A stretch of DNA of 64,000 nucleotides from Octopus vulgaris (Eukaryota), in contig OX597836.1 in the NCBI GenBank assembly GCA_951406725.2, positions 3,844,001-3,908,000 of the forward strand. The letters run 5' to 3'. The notes beneath the pieces were generated by a model, which made no database searches, was not told where the DNA came from, and was given only the letters and a program-made list of their open reading frames with translations. Below are positions 43,361 through 58,500 of the stretch, one piece after another. Numbering within the stretch: position 1 is the first letter of the stretch; each line of letters opens with the position of its first letter. The translations under genes were made by a program, and so were the position numbers.

Positions 43361-43449
43361 ACTTCCGACACATGTTTCGACGATATCACTGGTATTTTTC
43401 CAAAGAAATAAAATAGTGTAAAACAATGTAATCTTCTCTTCAGGGAAAT
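43361..43449 (-). ncRNA. Type I hammerhead ribozyme
   Basis: AUUUCC-CUGAAGA-GAAGAU...AUCGUC-GAAA-CAUGU-GUC-GGAAGU; 6 bp stem I, canonical core, GUC triplet, palindromic ACAUGU. Confidence 0.75.
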
Positions 43450-43914
43450 GAAGAAATGAAACTCGTCAATAAGACATTTTAACAGAATATGATGGATATG
43501 TATAGTGATTAACTGAACGCTATTAAGCTTTTTTTTAAAAAACGTTAGAGGATAGAACGTCAATGGTAGTCTATAAAAAGAGGAGGGGTGAAAGAAAGAA
43601 AAACAAATAAATGAGAAGTATATAACGATATGTATATTAAATAAAACCCTAAAGTCTTAGAAAAAGATATATCTAGTGAATGTGAAAATCAATGTTTGAA
43701 TTATAGATTATGATAGATATCACTTATATGAACTAAAAGTGTGTTTCTGCCAATGTTTACATCGGTATGCACACACTATAACCGTGTTTACAAGGAGATT
43801 TCTAGAAAAAAGAATAAAACATAGAATTATACTGGTGGTCTGTTGGGGATTGAAGGCAAAGGGTTGGCTCTCGATTTCCGTAGTTCACGTTTCCTTTATG
43901 CTTATTGCTAAATT

Positions 43915-44322
<408 letters not shown>

Positions 44323-44399
44323 ATTCACTCACTTATACATGTATACGAGAAGGTGATAAAAGTTGCTGGCTTTGATTCGAGGGCATAGAAAAAGACATT

Positions 44400-44640
44400 T
44401 GCCAAAAATACCACCCAAATGGGGCAGCGAGGACTGACATAGACTTGACTCATGGAAGGCTTCCATTTGCGTTCTTTGATGACCCATAGCCATCTTGAGC
44501 TAGTTTCAGCTGCCGTGCTTATTTTCTTGAGCGTTTTCTTTAGTTGTCCGTGTTCTAGCTCTGTCTTCTGCAGGAAATAACGCACTGATGTAGATGGAAA
44601 AGCGCGGTAGCAGACTCCATTCGAGAACAAAGACGCCCAT
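44400..44640 (-). mobile_element. HERO-like RLE non-LTR retrotransposon 3' fragment
   Basis: GVCYRAFPSTSVRYFLQK...KKTLKKISTAAETSSRWLWVIKERKW resembles the EVGCRGF...AAE.AS.WLW C-terminus. Confidence 0.62.
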
Positions 44641-44910
44641 AAACACACACATACGTAAAACATACATATATATATGTATATGCTTTCATGCATACATATT
44701 TCTAATTAGTAGAAATTTACACAAGTGACTCAAGGTGCGAGAGTTTTATTCGCGTAACCTATCAGATAGTTTAGTGTCTTGTACGAAGCTCCCGGCCCTT
44801 TAGTAACATTTGTTTTAACTTAATGCCAATAAAAAAACTAAAATAGTTATATTTTATACATTTGTATATACATATTCATACATATATAAATATATACTCA
44901 TACTTTATGC

Positions 44911-44943
<33 letters not shown>

Positions 44944-45468
44944 TATATCGGTGTGTGTATGTAATTTTATATGTATGCACGTACATTCGCATACATATAT
45001 ATCAAATCTTGTAGCAAGAAAATCTTTCAAAATTATCGGCAACAAATGCTACAACATATCTTTAAGAGCAGCTCTCTGTAAATCTGGTTAACAGTTTCCG
45101 CCAGATGAAAGACAGATCTCACGGCCAGACATTTGCTTCCGATGAGAACCGAAAGCACTTTGTTTTATTTTCTTTCTCTTACCAAGTACTTGAAATATAT
45201 TCTTCATACAATTCAGGTCATATTTATATACATAAATATATATGTGCGTGTGTGTGTGGATGTGGGTGTATCTATCTATCTATCATCTATCTAGATCTCT
45301 CTGTCACTGTCTCTGTCTCTGTCACCCTCTCTCTCTCTATATATATATGTATATGTTCGGTATATATACATATATATATATATACTTACATGTATACATA
45401 CAAATACACACAGACTCAGACACACACACACACACACACATACATATATATACCTACATACTACATAC

Positions 45469-45500
<32 letters not shown>

Positions 45501-45563
45501 ATGCATATACATACATATATATATATATATATATACAGTGTATACATACACACAGACACACAT

Positions 45564-45607
<44 letters not shown>

Positions 45608-45627
45608 GTGTGTCTGTGTGTATACAG

Positions 45628-46295
45628 ATGAAGTTTGTGCCAAAATAATTGCGGTTTTTAGCCATTATCTTCAAAGCAATAAAACTCAGCTCGGAATAAA
45701 TTTTATTTATCGAAATAATAATAACCATTAGAGTATACATTTTGTTGCCAAGCAGAAACAAGAATTTTTTTTATTTCGGTTATGTAGAATACTAAAATCT
45801 TGGAACCATTCAGTTCTCTGAATGTGCTTTGAACTACTGCGTGGTTTTTGAAGACCTCCCTTTTGAAGTTATTTCGGTTCCATAACAAGTTTCAGCCAGT
45901 CGTGGGGAGAACTGTACGTGACGTTCCGGTTGATATTCGTCACCCAGTTCGTTCAATTTTTGCTGTGTTACTTGTAAGCGTATGTCCGGATCTTGCCATG
46001 GTGAAAACATAGTGGTTCCCCATTGTCGATGATTGACGGAAATGCAACGGTTTTCAGTGCGATTTCTCGACTTCCTAGAAATGCTTCCCTGCAGATATTG
46101 TTTCGTCAAGATTCAAGAAATATTAAAGGAAGATTTTACTTGCCCTACAACCAAATTGTGATCATAATATTCTAATAATGCAGGTCCGATTTGAGAAAGT
46201 GTTATTTTGTGATTCACAACAACCCAAGGAATGATTAGAGCATCGCTGGTTTTCTCACCGAACGTCAGAGGGTCTCGCCTTAGACAATTTCAGCA
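45628..46295 (-). mobile_element. Old cecropia-subfamily (Hsmar1-like) mariner remnant
   Basis: TIR-like AAGTTTGTGCCAAAATAATTGCGGTTTTTAGCCATTA; peptides VTQQKLNELGDE and FKNHAVVQSTFRELNGSKILVFYITEIKKILVSAWQQNVYSNGYYYFD. Confidence 0.75.
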
Positions 46296-46737
46296 TCAAT
46301 AAGATAATGCATATACACGTGCTACAAACAAAGATTCACACACATATACGACTATGTATTGCAAGCATATGTGTCTGTCTGTCTATCTTTCTATCTATCA
46401 AGGTATCTATATGAGTATGTGTATGTGTGTAATTATGGTATATTCTATTAAGAACGTAGTAGAATACAATATATATATTGTCCACCTTCAGGCTTTCTCT
46501 TCTGCTGCCCAGTAGTAGTGTCATACGTACTGCTAGATTTGTGTTGAGGCCTCGGTAGTGTGTTCACACCAACTTATTAAATTATATATATATACACTCA
46601 CACACAATCATACACGAGCATATATATATATATGTATAATATGTATGTATGTATACATATACATATCTAATATATATATATAAAATGAGATAAAACATCG
46701 AATGGTATGAAAGTTTCACAACACTTATAAAGAGAAG

Positions 46738-46785
46738 ATCTTACACCTGCTTCCCAGATATTTTATACATCCCTTCATCAGAGAC
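46738..46785 (-). ncRNA. Degenerate type I hammerhead
   Basis: GUCU-CUGAUGA-AGGGAUG..UAUCUGG-GAAG-CAGGU-GUA-AGAU; GAAA mutated to GAAG, weak stem II. Confidence 0.5.
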
Positions 46786-47014
46786 GGTGCGAGAAAATGT
46801 TTAAATGTTTAAATGTTCGGAGAATTTTCACAGCCTTAGATTTTTTATTTCATTCTGTTAATTTTTACATATATGCATACTAATACATGGCCTACGTTGG
46901 TCTCCTCATTCGTATCATTATCGAACCTCGAGCTTAATTATAGTCTGTCCATAGCACTTACTCAGCATTACTTGACACCTTCTGGTCTCCTTAACACCAA
47001 TAACTCTCATGCCC

Positions 47015-47095
<81 letters not shown>

Positions 47096-47121
47096 ATATG
47101 TATGTACATATACATATACCT

Positions 47122-47167
<46 letters not shown>

Positions 47168-47243
47168 TAGATATCCCCATGTATAAGAATGGATATAGCT
47201 ATATCTTTATATATTTGTATCTATCTATCAATATGTACACAGA

Positions 47244-47283
<40 letters not shown>

Positions 47284-48247
47284 AACGCACATATATATGT
47301 CTGTAGCTGTCTATATATATAATCTAGATTCTTACATTTTTACATTTTGTAATTCTCTTTCTTCACCTTTAATTCTTCTTGTCTTTCCTTTTTCTCACGT
47401 CACAAAAAAAAAAATGTTTTTTATCAAGATGGCGGAAAAGTTTGAGAAATTTCACGATAAGAATTGAAGAAGCCAAAAAACATGAGCGAACAAATGAAAA
47501 CGTCAATAGGAAAAGAACCTGGGAGCAAAAAAAAAAAAAGAAGCAAGGAAGGTTTCGGTTCATTTGCGACATTGAGATGGTATCGCCACCACGGCTCTTT
47601 GATGTATTTCCATCAATTACAGAAATACCGTTTAATGGGCGCCGTAAATGCACGGACTCGTCTCATCTCTTCCTATATAATCGCATCTCTCATAATATCT
47701 ACAGTGAAATTTATATGGATACACACATATGTATGTTTATACGTAGGATGGTGTGTATGATGTTCGTATGAACCTGTGTTTGCATATATACATACATACG
47801 TGCACATGTAATACACCTATACGCACGCACGCACACACGCACACACACACATATGCATACCCAGGCACAAACACACACACACGTATATATATATAGTTCT
47901 ATGAATATATATAGATTTGCATATAAATATGTACATATGTGTGTGTCCGAACATGTATATATTTACACACACACACGCAGATATACATACACGTGGTTCA
48001 ATAACTATATATATATTGATTTACATACAGATGTATACATACATGTATATATACATACATGTATATATACATACATAGATACATACATACACAGACACAC
48101 ACATATATAGCTACATACACACACACACTCACTGTTCCCTGATTATATATATTGACATTTATCCATGTATACTTACATACCTATATACTGTACGTATATA
48201 TATATATATATATATGATATATGATATATGATATATGATATATGACA

Positions 48248-48290
<43 letters not shown>

Positions 48291-48865
48291 CACACATACA
48301 TATATATATAATACGTATAAATATTTATAATGGTTGGTGTTTTTGAAATCTGAGATCAAATTCGCCGAGAATCAATATAGATGAATGTATTTACACATGT
48401 ATGTATGCATATGCATGTATATTTGTGTGTATACATGAATATTTACATGCTTGCATGTATATGTAGAATCAACTACACTCGTATGATCGTGATCACGAAT
48501 GCCTTACTGTGTACGTACGTATGTACGTATGTATGTATGTGTATATATGCGTGTATGTATGAGAGTATCTACGCATATAGATTTGTGTCAATACATGTGT
48601 GTTTATGTACGACTATGTGCGCGTTTGTGTGTGTGTGTGTGTATACGTCTTTATGCGCCTTTATGCGCATGCTTGCATGCGTGAAGCCATCAATCTCTTT
48701 TATTACCTCAATCAATTCATCTACAATTCAATACTTTCCGAATGCCTGCGCGCGCAGACACCCACACCTACGCACATTTATGTATCTGTAAATATCTAAT
48801 ATATACGTTAGTAAATGCATATATATGTACATGTGTATATGTGTTTATATATGTATATGCATATC

Positions 48866-48866
48866 T

Positions 48867-48917
<51 letters not shown>

Positions 48918-48930
48918 GATAGATAAATAT

Positions 48931-49014
<84 letters not shown>

Positions 49015-49018
49015 ATAT

Positions 49019-49081
<63 letters not shown>

Positions 49082-49100
49082 GATAGATAAATATATAGAT
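48866..49100. repeat. (GATA)n microsatellite
   Basis: Direct repeat. Confidence 0.97.
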
Positions 49101-49267
49101 ATAAAAGATAAAAAATAAGAAAAGGAAGACAAAGGAAAAAGAACAAGAAAAGAATTCACAGCGACAATGCCCCTCTTAATACGTGAGACGTACCAAAATA
49201 CGACAAACTTTTATACTTCCTACATGGATGGTAAGCCTGAGATGACCCTCAAATTATTACTAAATGT

Positions 49268-49865
49268 AAGGCGGCGAGCAGGCAGAATTGTTAGCAGACC
49301 GGGCGAAATGCCCAGCGGTATTTAGCCTGTCTTTACGTTCTGAGTTCAAAATTCCGCCGAGGTCGACTTTGCCTTTCATCCTTTCGGGGTCGATTAAATA
49401 AGTACCAGTTACGCACTGAGGTCTATCTAATCGATTTATTCCGTTTGTCTGTCCTTGTTTGTCCCCTCTGTGTTTAGCCCCTTGTGGGTAATAAAGAAAT
49501 AGGTATTTAGCCTGTCTTTACGTTCTGAGTTCAAATTCCGCCGAGGTCGACTTTGCCTTTCATCCTTTCGGGGTCGATTAAATAAGTACCAGTTACGCAC
49601 TGAGGTCTATCTAATCGATTTATTCCGTTTGTCTGTCCTTGTTTGTCCTCTCTGTGTTTAGCCCCTTAAAGAAATTAAAAACGATATCACGCCGGGCAAA
49701 AATGCTTAGCGGTATTTAGCCTGTCTTTACGCTGTGAGTTCAAATTCCGCCGAATTCGACTTTGTCGATAAACTAAGTACAATTTGCGCACTGGGGTCGA
49801 TCTAATAGACTGTCACCCCACGCGACCCCCAAATGTCGGGGCTTGCGCCTACAGTAGAAAAGATG
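49268..49865 (+). mobile_element. SINE type B tandem array
   Basis: Head GGCGGCGAGCAGGCAGAA, then module GGTATTTAGCCTGTCTTTACG at 49316, 49502 and 49711. Confidence 0.9.
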
Positions 49866-50158
49866 ATTATTGCAAAAATAGTTGCGTTTCAGACAAGTTT
49901 CCTTTTCGTATTCACCAAACATTCTTTATGCTGTGCTGAAAGGTAAAGGAACGCCATGTCTAGTTTTGCCTTTCATCCTCCTTCGATCGAGAAAAATTAA
50001 AGTACTTGCTTCTTAATCGGTACTCTAATTGACCAATTGCTAGAGCGGCAAATATGATGCTTCACGACTCTATGTTGTGAGGTCAGATCACGTTATGTAT
50101 AATTTCCCCCTTCATCCCTTGGGGAATTATAATAAGCCACCACTCAAATACCGAGTTG

Positions 50159-50249
<91 letters not shown>

Positions 50250-50426
50250 GTATATATATACATATATATATAAATATATGCATATATATATACATATATA
50301 TATATATATACATATATATATAAATGTATGTATATATATATATATGTATGTATATATATATATGTATATATATGTATATATATATGTATATATATTTATA
50401 TATATATATATACATATATATATATG

Positions 50427-50513
<87 letters not shown>
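50159..50513. repeat. (TA)n tract
   Basis: Direct repeat. Confidence 0.95.
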
Positions 50514-50518
<5 letters not shown>

Positions 50519-51014
50519 AATGCATCTTTGATGTGACAAGAACTGCCACAGAAGACACACCCACCCCATACTGATAGTTCTATGAATTTCGACAAACAGA
50601 CAGACACTATTATGTGTTAATTAACTTTAAGGTGAGAAACACGAAATTAGAAATACGTGATAATTACGGATTTAGAATGTTGTCTTCGCTAATCGTGTGA
50701 ATGAAATTATCGCCGAAACCGTCTCCAGGAATAACAAACACTGCCAAAATAACTACTTCTACAAAATGAGTCGTCTACGTGACTCGCTAATATTTTATAA
50801 TCTGCGTAAGTATGGCTGTCACTAACCCTCTCCATACAAGCATACATACACACGTACATACATACATACATACATACATACATACATACATACATACAAA
50901 TATACATACATACACACACACACATATAAATATATATAGGCAAGAGTGCACTGACACAGGTAAGTGTATAAATATGTATACGTATATCTACCTATCTCTC
51001 TAAGTATCTATCTA

Positions 51015-51080
<66 letters not shown>

Positions 51081-52103
51081 AATATATATATATATTTATC
51101 AGTCTATCTATCTACCTATATATGTATGTATATATGTATGCATCTATCTATCGATCGATCTATCTCCACACACACACATATATATATATATATATTTATA
51201 CGTGTGTGTGTATGTATGTGCACGTGTCCGTGTCCGTGTGTATGTGTGTGTGTGTATGAACAAACGTAGGAAGAAGTACCCAGCACAGTTCGTAAGAGTT
51301 GCACAAACGTCTAATAAAAGCTTGGCTTTGTCTTAGCTCCACATGACTCAAAGTTTCGTGGGTGCGTAGGACACAACTATCAGACTAGACACTAGGAGCA
51401 TGAGTGTATACATATATATATGATGGGAAGTGAGAGAGAGAGAGTGAGAGAGAGAAAGAGAGATGGAAGCGCAGTCAGGGAGGATGTCTTATACAGCAGT
51501 GTTCCATATTTTGAACAGGTTAAATGTGACTAATCAACAAACGGCCCAAAAACACTGACCTCATCTCATCTGATACACCACATATCGATTTAACGCAACA
51601 AATTGCATAGTTAATCACCTGTACTATTTAATTCAAGTATGTCTATCTGTCTATCCGTTCTGCAGAATCATTCATCATTGAGAGATACTGTCGCATATAT
51701 GAATGTTCAACCAGGCGTCACCGAACACTTGGCTGAAGGGCGCTAAGTAAGTGACACATGATTAGTAGTGGGTGACATAATTGTATTGGCTGGCGTTGTC
51801 AAGTCATCGATGATTCGTGTTCAGTCTTGAAGCGTTCTATTAATCAATTGGTGTTAAATAAATTCATAACGTGCGTGCGCATTTGCCCACATACTCTCTT
51901 ACTTACGTATGTATATATATGTATATATATGTATATAAATGTATATATATGTATACATATGTATATAAATGTATATATATGTATATATATATATATATAT
52001 ACATATATGTGTGTATATATATATATCCATATATATACATATACATATATACATATATATATGTATATATGTATATATATATATATATATGTAGGTACAT
52101 ATG

Positions 52104-52154
<51 letters not shown>

Positions 52155-52314
52155 CTTAATATATCAGTATGTATAAATGTTTGTCTTTCGCTCCCTTTCA
52201 TATATGCATACAAAGGCACACACATACATATGTATATAGACGTATATATGTATATAAACACACACACATATATATATATATGTCTACACATACATATCTA
52301 TATCTACATCTATA

Positions 52315-52352
<38 letters not shown>

Positions 52353-52611
52353 CATATACAAATATATATATATATATATATACATACATACATACGCACG
52401 CACACACATAAGACAGTTAAATTCGCAGATTGAAGCGATTTATCAGAAGAGTATTATTCACAGAGAAAGAGAAAAGAGAGAGAAAGAGAAAGAGAGAGAG
52501 AGAGAGAGAGAGTGAGAGGGAAAATGAGAGGAAATGAAAGAGATAGATTTGAAGATTGATTAAAGGAATAAGATCAAAAATTGTTTGAGTAGAACCCACA
52601 AACAAATATAC

Positions 52612-52780
<169 letters not shown>

Positions 52781-54237
52781 CATATATATATAGATAGATA
52801 TATGTATATATATACATATATATACACACACGCACATACGTGCACAGTGTACATCGGAATCATACACGCACACACACATACACTTAGTCTGTGGGATGTG
52901 TGTTTGTATGGGTATCTATATATTGGCATCTATATATGTATGTATTTATGTATGCATGTATATAAGTATGTATGTATGTAGGTAAGTGTGTATATATTTG
53001 TGTGTTTACAGCGTTGCAATTAGGAATATTTCGCTGAACAAACGACTGGAGAGTTTGTTAGCCAATATAATGTTGAGTCATTCGTATTCATTAATTACCT
53101 CTCACTCTCTCCCTCTCTCTCTCTCTCTCTTTCCCTATGTCTGCCTTTACACACACACACACACACACACACGTACGTGTATACACAGACATATAGTACT
53201 CGTATATATGTATATATCAGCTAATTTACTATTAAATCCTATAGCAAGCAAGAAAATAATGAGTGTAGTAATGATAATAATGATAATAATAATGGTGATG
53301 TTGATAATGATGAGGAGGAGAAGGATGATGATGATATGATGATGATGATGAGGATGATGATGATGAGGAGGAGGGGGAGGAGGAAGAGGATGATACGATG
53401 ATGATGATGATAGCAATAATTATACAGACGCTACGCAGACAATCATATATTTACAACAGACGATATGTATATTTGCAAAATATATCAAATATACATGCAT
53501 GCATACTACATATATACATAGATACATATATACATACATATATTTATACATATGTATACCTGCATGTGTGTGTGTCTGTGCGTATGCATGTACGTGTATT
53601 TGAATGTTTGGTAGGGACTGGAATCGGTGGCAACCGTTATAAGATTAAGTTCTTTTGGAAGGATTAAACAGTTGCGGGTAAATGCATAGCTATGACTTCG
53701 CTGTTTGCTCGTATAAGTAATGTGCAGAAAACCAAAGTACGATGCTCTACTCTCATATACGATGTGGAATATATTGTGTAAAATTTAAAAAATAAAAAAA
53801 AAAATATTTGGATTTAAAGTTAGAAAGTGAAGGCGCTTATCTAGGGACTATAGACTACCGTAGTCAATGTTGGTTATCAAGGAATTAAGCTCTGTCATAG
53901 AACTGTACAAAACATATTCTTCAATAATTGCAAATACGCCTTATTATTAAAACTTTGAGGAATATACGCCATACACATCGCACGTCTGCTCAAAATCAGC
54001 CAGGACACCACGAGACCCTGTCTCGAGTTAGTTTCCATCGTAGAGGGACATACTGTGAACACTTCACTTCTATAGAAAGCGAAATAGCAGATGCTTCAGT
54101 CTAGTCTAACAATGATGAAGTGGATGATGACGGCTGCCCCGCAGTAGTCTAGAAATGATGGCAATCTGTGGTTTGTCTCTGAACCAGACAATTAATTTGG
54201 GAAGTAGAGTAGTAAATGGTTGTTACAGATTCACGCA

Positions 54238-54500
54238 CAAGGTCGCCTGGTGGTTAGGCGTGCTGCGCTCACGATCGCTAGATCGTGGGTTTGATATTCC
54301 GGAGCGTGCGGCCCGTTGTGTTCTCGAGCGAAACACTTCACTTTACGTTGCGCCATTCAGCTCAGTTGTAAATGTGTAATCTTTGATGAACTAACGTTCT
54401 GATCAGGAGAGAAGGCTGACCTGGTCGCCTAACCAGCGGCGTGGCATCATTCGACATCTAAAATGCAAAGTGAGCTATAACAACGATCGATAGTCTGATT
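54238..54500 (+). mobile_element. SINE type C-like, degraded
   Basis: GTGGTTAGGCGTG...GTTGTGTTCTCGAGCGAAACACTTCACTTTACGTTG. Confidence 0.65.
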
Positions 54501-55245
54501 GACACGTGATCAAACACACATATGCAAACGCAGACAGACACACAGACCCACACACTCCTTCTCCCTATCTCTCACACACACACACACATCTTAATAGCAG
54601 TTTAATTCGGTTCCAAGCAGACTCAATCATCAGGCTCGTTTGACTGAGCTTGGGTCGATTATTGAAGTTGTATAGAGTCGGCTCAAAACTGTTATGAAAA
54701 ATAATATAAGTAACTTCAATCAAATGAGTTGAGTCTCACACGAACGAATGACTATATCTATCTTTATAGCTGATGGACGGTTATCTCAGGCTTAATTCAT
54801 TCGTTGCGTCTTCATGTTTTCTTTGGAGTGAAGGAGGTCGGAGGCCCCAGAGTCACGCCTGTATGCTCTATTACTCTGTAACCCAGTGTACTCCACCTCT
54901 CAAATCATTGTGTTTTCCGAGAAGTTCCAGCGAAATTAATTGTGGCGGGTTAAGCGTGACCGAAACTGCACTTACATTTAAGATAAATCACCCTTTCTCT
55001 ACATTATGCAACATTAGCTGGGACCACCTGATGTCGAAAGATTTTGCATCGAATTCTTTCTCGTTGTGAAATTTTTAGCAGTAACTAGGATCCCGTTATT
55101 CGGAGACGACTTTACAACGCGTTTGCTAACATTCCCAAGTGCTACATTGTTGATTGGTTGTAAATTAAAGCTACCTTCCCCAATTCATACCGATTCACAA
55201 GGGCTGGTTTAACGGTTTCATGCCATATATTCCACACCACACACA

Positions 55246-55288
<43 letters not shown>

Positions 55289-55428
55289 GCATGTGTATTT
55301 ATATATGTCTGTGAGTATATATAACATATATGCATATATACATATATGCATATATATTGGTATGCATGTTTGTATATGTAGATATGTATATATATATATA
55401 AATGTGTGTGTGTGTGTAAAAAGTGTGC

Positions 55429-55551
55429 GCTGGAGCAACGTGAAGTGAAGTGTTTTGCTGAAGAGAACAACGCCTCGTCCTGTACAGGAATCGAAACCAC
55501 AATCTTACGTTCATGAGTCCGACACCTTAACCACTAAGCCACGCGCCTCCA
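55429..55551 (-). mobile_element. SINE type C head
   Basis: Reverse complement GGAGGCGCGTGGCTTAGTGGTTAAGG...GTGGTTTCGATTCC. Confidence 0.83.
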
Positions 55552-55788
55552 CATCGGATGGATGGCCCTCTCATGAGCTATTTTATCCTTTGTGAGGCCT
55601 TGTCTCTCACACTGCTGAATGCCTAGAAATACCCCAGTCACCAAGCAATCCTAGCAGGGTTGGCAGTTTAGTTGCAGACGATCTGACCATTCAACAAGTT
55701 GTATCGGAGTTAGATGCTACCAGCAGCGCTTTGAAGCCACCTGATATCATACAAATATAAATACGTACTGTATCTACACACTTATATA

Positions 55789-55842
<54 letters not shown>

Positions 55843-55982
55843 CAGATAGACAGATAGAGAGGGATTGAGAGAGACATACCCATTCATGTGCATACACTGT
55901 ACACATTCATATATATATGTATATATATACATATACACATACATATATGTATATATATATATGTATCTATATATATATATAC

Positions 55983-56055
<73 letters not shown>

Positions 56056-56827
56056 CACAAACACATGTACGCATACCAGACATGGCACACACATACACAC
56101 GCAATTGATAGTGGTTCGTTCAAGAACGGGGACGCCAGTATCAAGATGAAGAACTTAAAGCATTTTAGCGGCGAGAATGTATATATGTATTTATGGAAGA
56201 TAGTTTGTGACACTCAGCAGACGGCTGAGCTTTTGATGTGAAGATCGTATTAAGATCTTATTGCCTGATAAGAACTTCAGATCAAAACACAGTCTGCCAA
56301 GTGCTACCTCATACAGACATGCATAGAAACGTACGTATATACACGCAGACATACGTACGTACATACGTTCATACAAGCATACATACATACATACATAAAT
56401 ACGTACATACATATTTACATATGCACACATACATACCAACATATACATACATGCATATATACATAGATGTATATATGCATATATGTTATACATACACACA
56501 GACAAATATATATGCATGTATATATATATATACATACATGTCATAAGCAGAATTACATATATATATGCATATATGTATGCATATATATATGTGTGTGTAT
56601 ATAAAATATATATATATATATATATGTGTGTCTGTGTGTCTGTCTGTGTGTGTATAAATATATATGTGTATGCATATATATATATGTAGTATATGTATAC
56701 ACTATATATATATTTGATATATACAATATTTATTTAATATATATAATATATATGCATATATATGTATATATATATATGTGTATGTATGTATGCATGTATG
56801 TATATATATATATATACATATATGTAT

Positions 56828-56858
<31 letters not shown>

Positions 56859-57188
56859 CACACAAACACGCACACGCACACATATGATTGACTTGTTGTC
56901 TAGGCGCAGTTGCTCCTTCGATTTTGCAGTTGTCTTCTTGCGTCTTCACCTTATCTGTCTGCCGTTGTACTCGTTATGTCTAGAGTTTTTGTTGTTGCTT
57001 TTGCTGTTGAAGATTCTGTTACTGTTACCGTTGTGCATGCTGCTGCATCGATGGTTACTCTATTCCATATGGAACATTCTGGAACTCTACAACTAGCTGA
57101 CCTTGTTCGTATTGTTCTTGTTGTCGGTGTCCCTCCGTCATATTATATATTACAAAGCTTGGCCGAATGCATAAATGAAATATATGCA

Positions 57189-57295
<107 letters not shown>

Positions 57296-57296
57296 A

Positions 57297-57500
57297 CAGT
57301 TGATATTTACAAAAAAAGAAAAAAAGAAAACAGAAGACGAAGACGGGTGTGTAAACAACAAACAGATGTATTAGTTTAACGCTCGGGTAATGAGGAAGTC
57401 TTTTACGTTTCGAGCCTACGCTCTTCAACAGAAAGGAACACAGAAATAAGCAGAGAAAGAAAAGAATAATATTTTAGTGGCTAGCGATCAATCATGGCGA
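57297..57500 (-). mobile_element. About 200 bp dispersed repeat with a hammerhead-like motif (57400-57435)
   Basis: CUUU-CUGUUGA-A-GAGC gtag GCUC-GAAA-C-GUA-AAAG; homologous to 41962-42160. Confidence 0.75.
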
Positions 57501-58121
57501 TCTATCTATTTGTGTGTGTGTGTGTGTGTGTGTGTGTGGCGAGCTGTCTGTCTGTCTTTTTGTATACCGGTTGTCTGTCTGTCTGTGTATCTACATACAT
57601 AATACATACATACATACATATAGAAACACACTGACACACATACACACATGCACACATATATTTGTAGATAGGTAGATAGGTAGATAGACAGATAGATGGA
57701 TAGATAGATAGGTAGGTGCGTAGATAGATAGATAGTTAGACAGATAGGTAGGTAGGTATGTACATAGATAGATAGGTAGGTAGGTAGACAGAAGAATAGA
57801 CATTTAGATAGATAGATAGCTAGATAGATAGAAGTACATGGCCAAATGCGAGGCCGATGCTAGCTGCCGAACGGATTTTTTTCCCCAGTATCTGTTAGCT
57901 ACCCTCATTTTCACTTCCTTGTTTCACCCTTTTTGCGTTTTAAACTCTGCTATGAATTCTTTCTTGGCGTTTCACTATTTCTTAAGCATCTAAGAAAAAA
58001 CAAGAAAATAACAAGAAAATAACAAAAAAAACAGGATGATACAAAAACATTCTGGATGACATAAGATAATATACATAAAAGCGTACCTTTTTTAAATACT
58101 AAACCCCAATACGCAATTTAT

Positions 58122-58500
58122 AGACTCCGAAAGGATGAAAGGCAATGTCGACCTCGGCGGAATCTGAACTCAGAACGTAACGGTAGACGAAATACCTATT
58201 TCTTTATTACCCACAAGGAGCTAAACGCAGAGCGGACAAACAAGGACAGACATAGGAATTAAGTCGATTACATCGACCCCAGTGCGTAACTAGTACTTAA
58301 TTTATCGACCCCGAAAGGATGAAAGGTAAAGTCGACCTCGGCGGAATTTGAACTCACAACGTAACGCAGACGAAATACCGCTGAGCATTTCGGCCGGCGT
58401 ACTAACGATTCTGCCAGCTCGCCCAGTTGTGTACTGGAGGCGATCTAATCGACTGACCCCCTCTCCCCCAAATTTCGGGCCCTGTGCCTAGAGTAGAGAA
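58122..58500 (-). mobile_element. SINE type B with tandem module
   Basis: Two copies of GTCGACCTCGGCGGAAT.TGAACTCA joined at GAAATACCTATTTC. Confidence 0.88.

Noticed and set aside
44344-44373. TACGAGAAGGTGATAAAAGTTGCTGGC resembling a mariner TIR
   Set aside because: No partner TIR or adjacent transposase sequence found.
49316-49770. Regularly spaced repeats suggestive of a CRISPR array
   Set aside because: Units are ~185 bp SINE modules without unique spacers; eukaryotic context, no cas genes.
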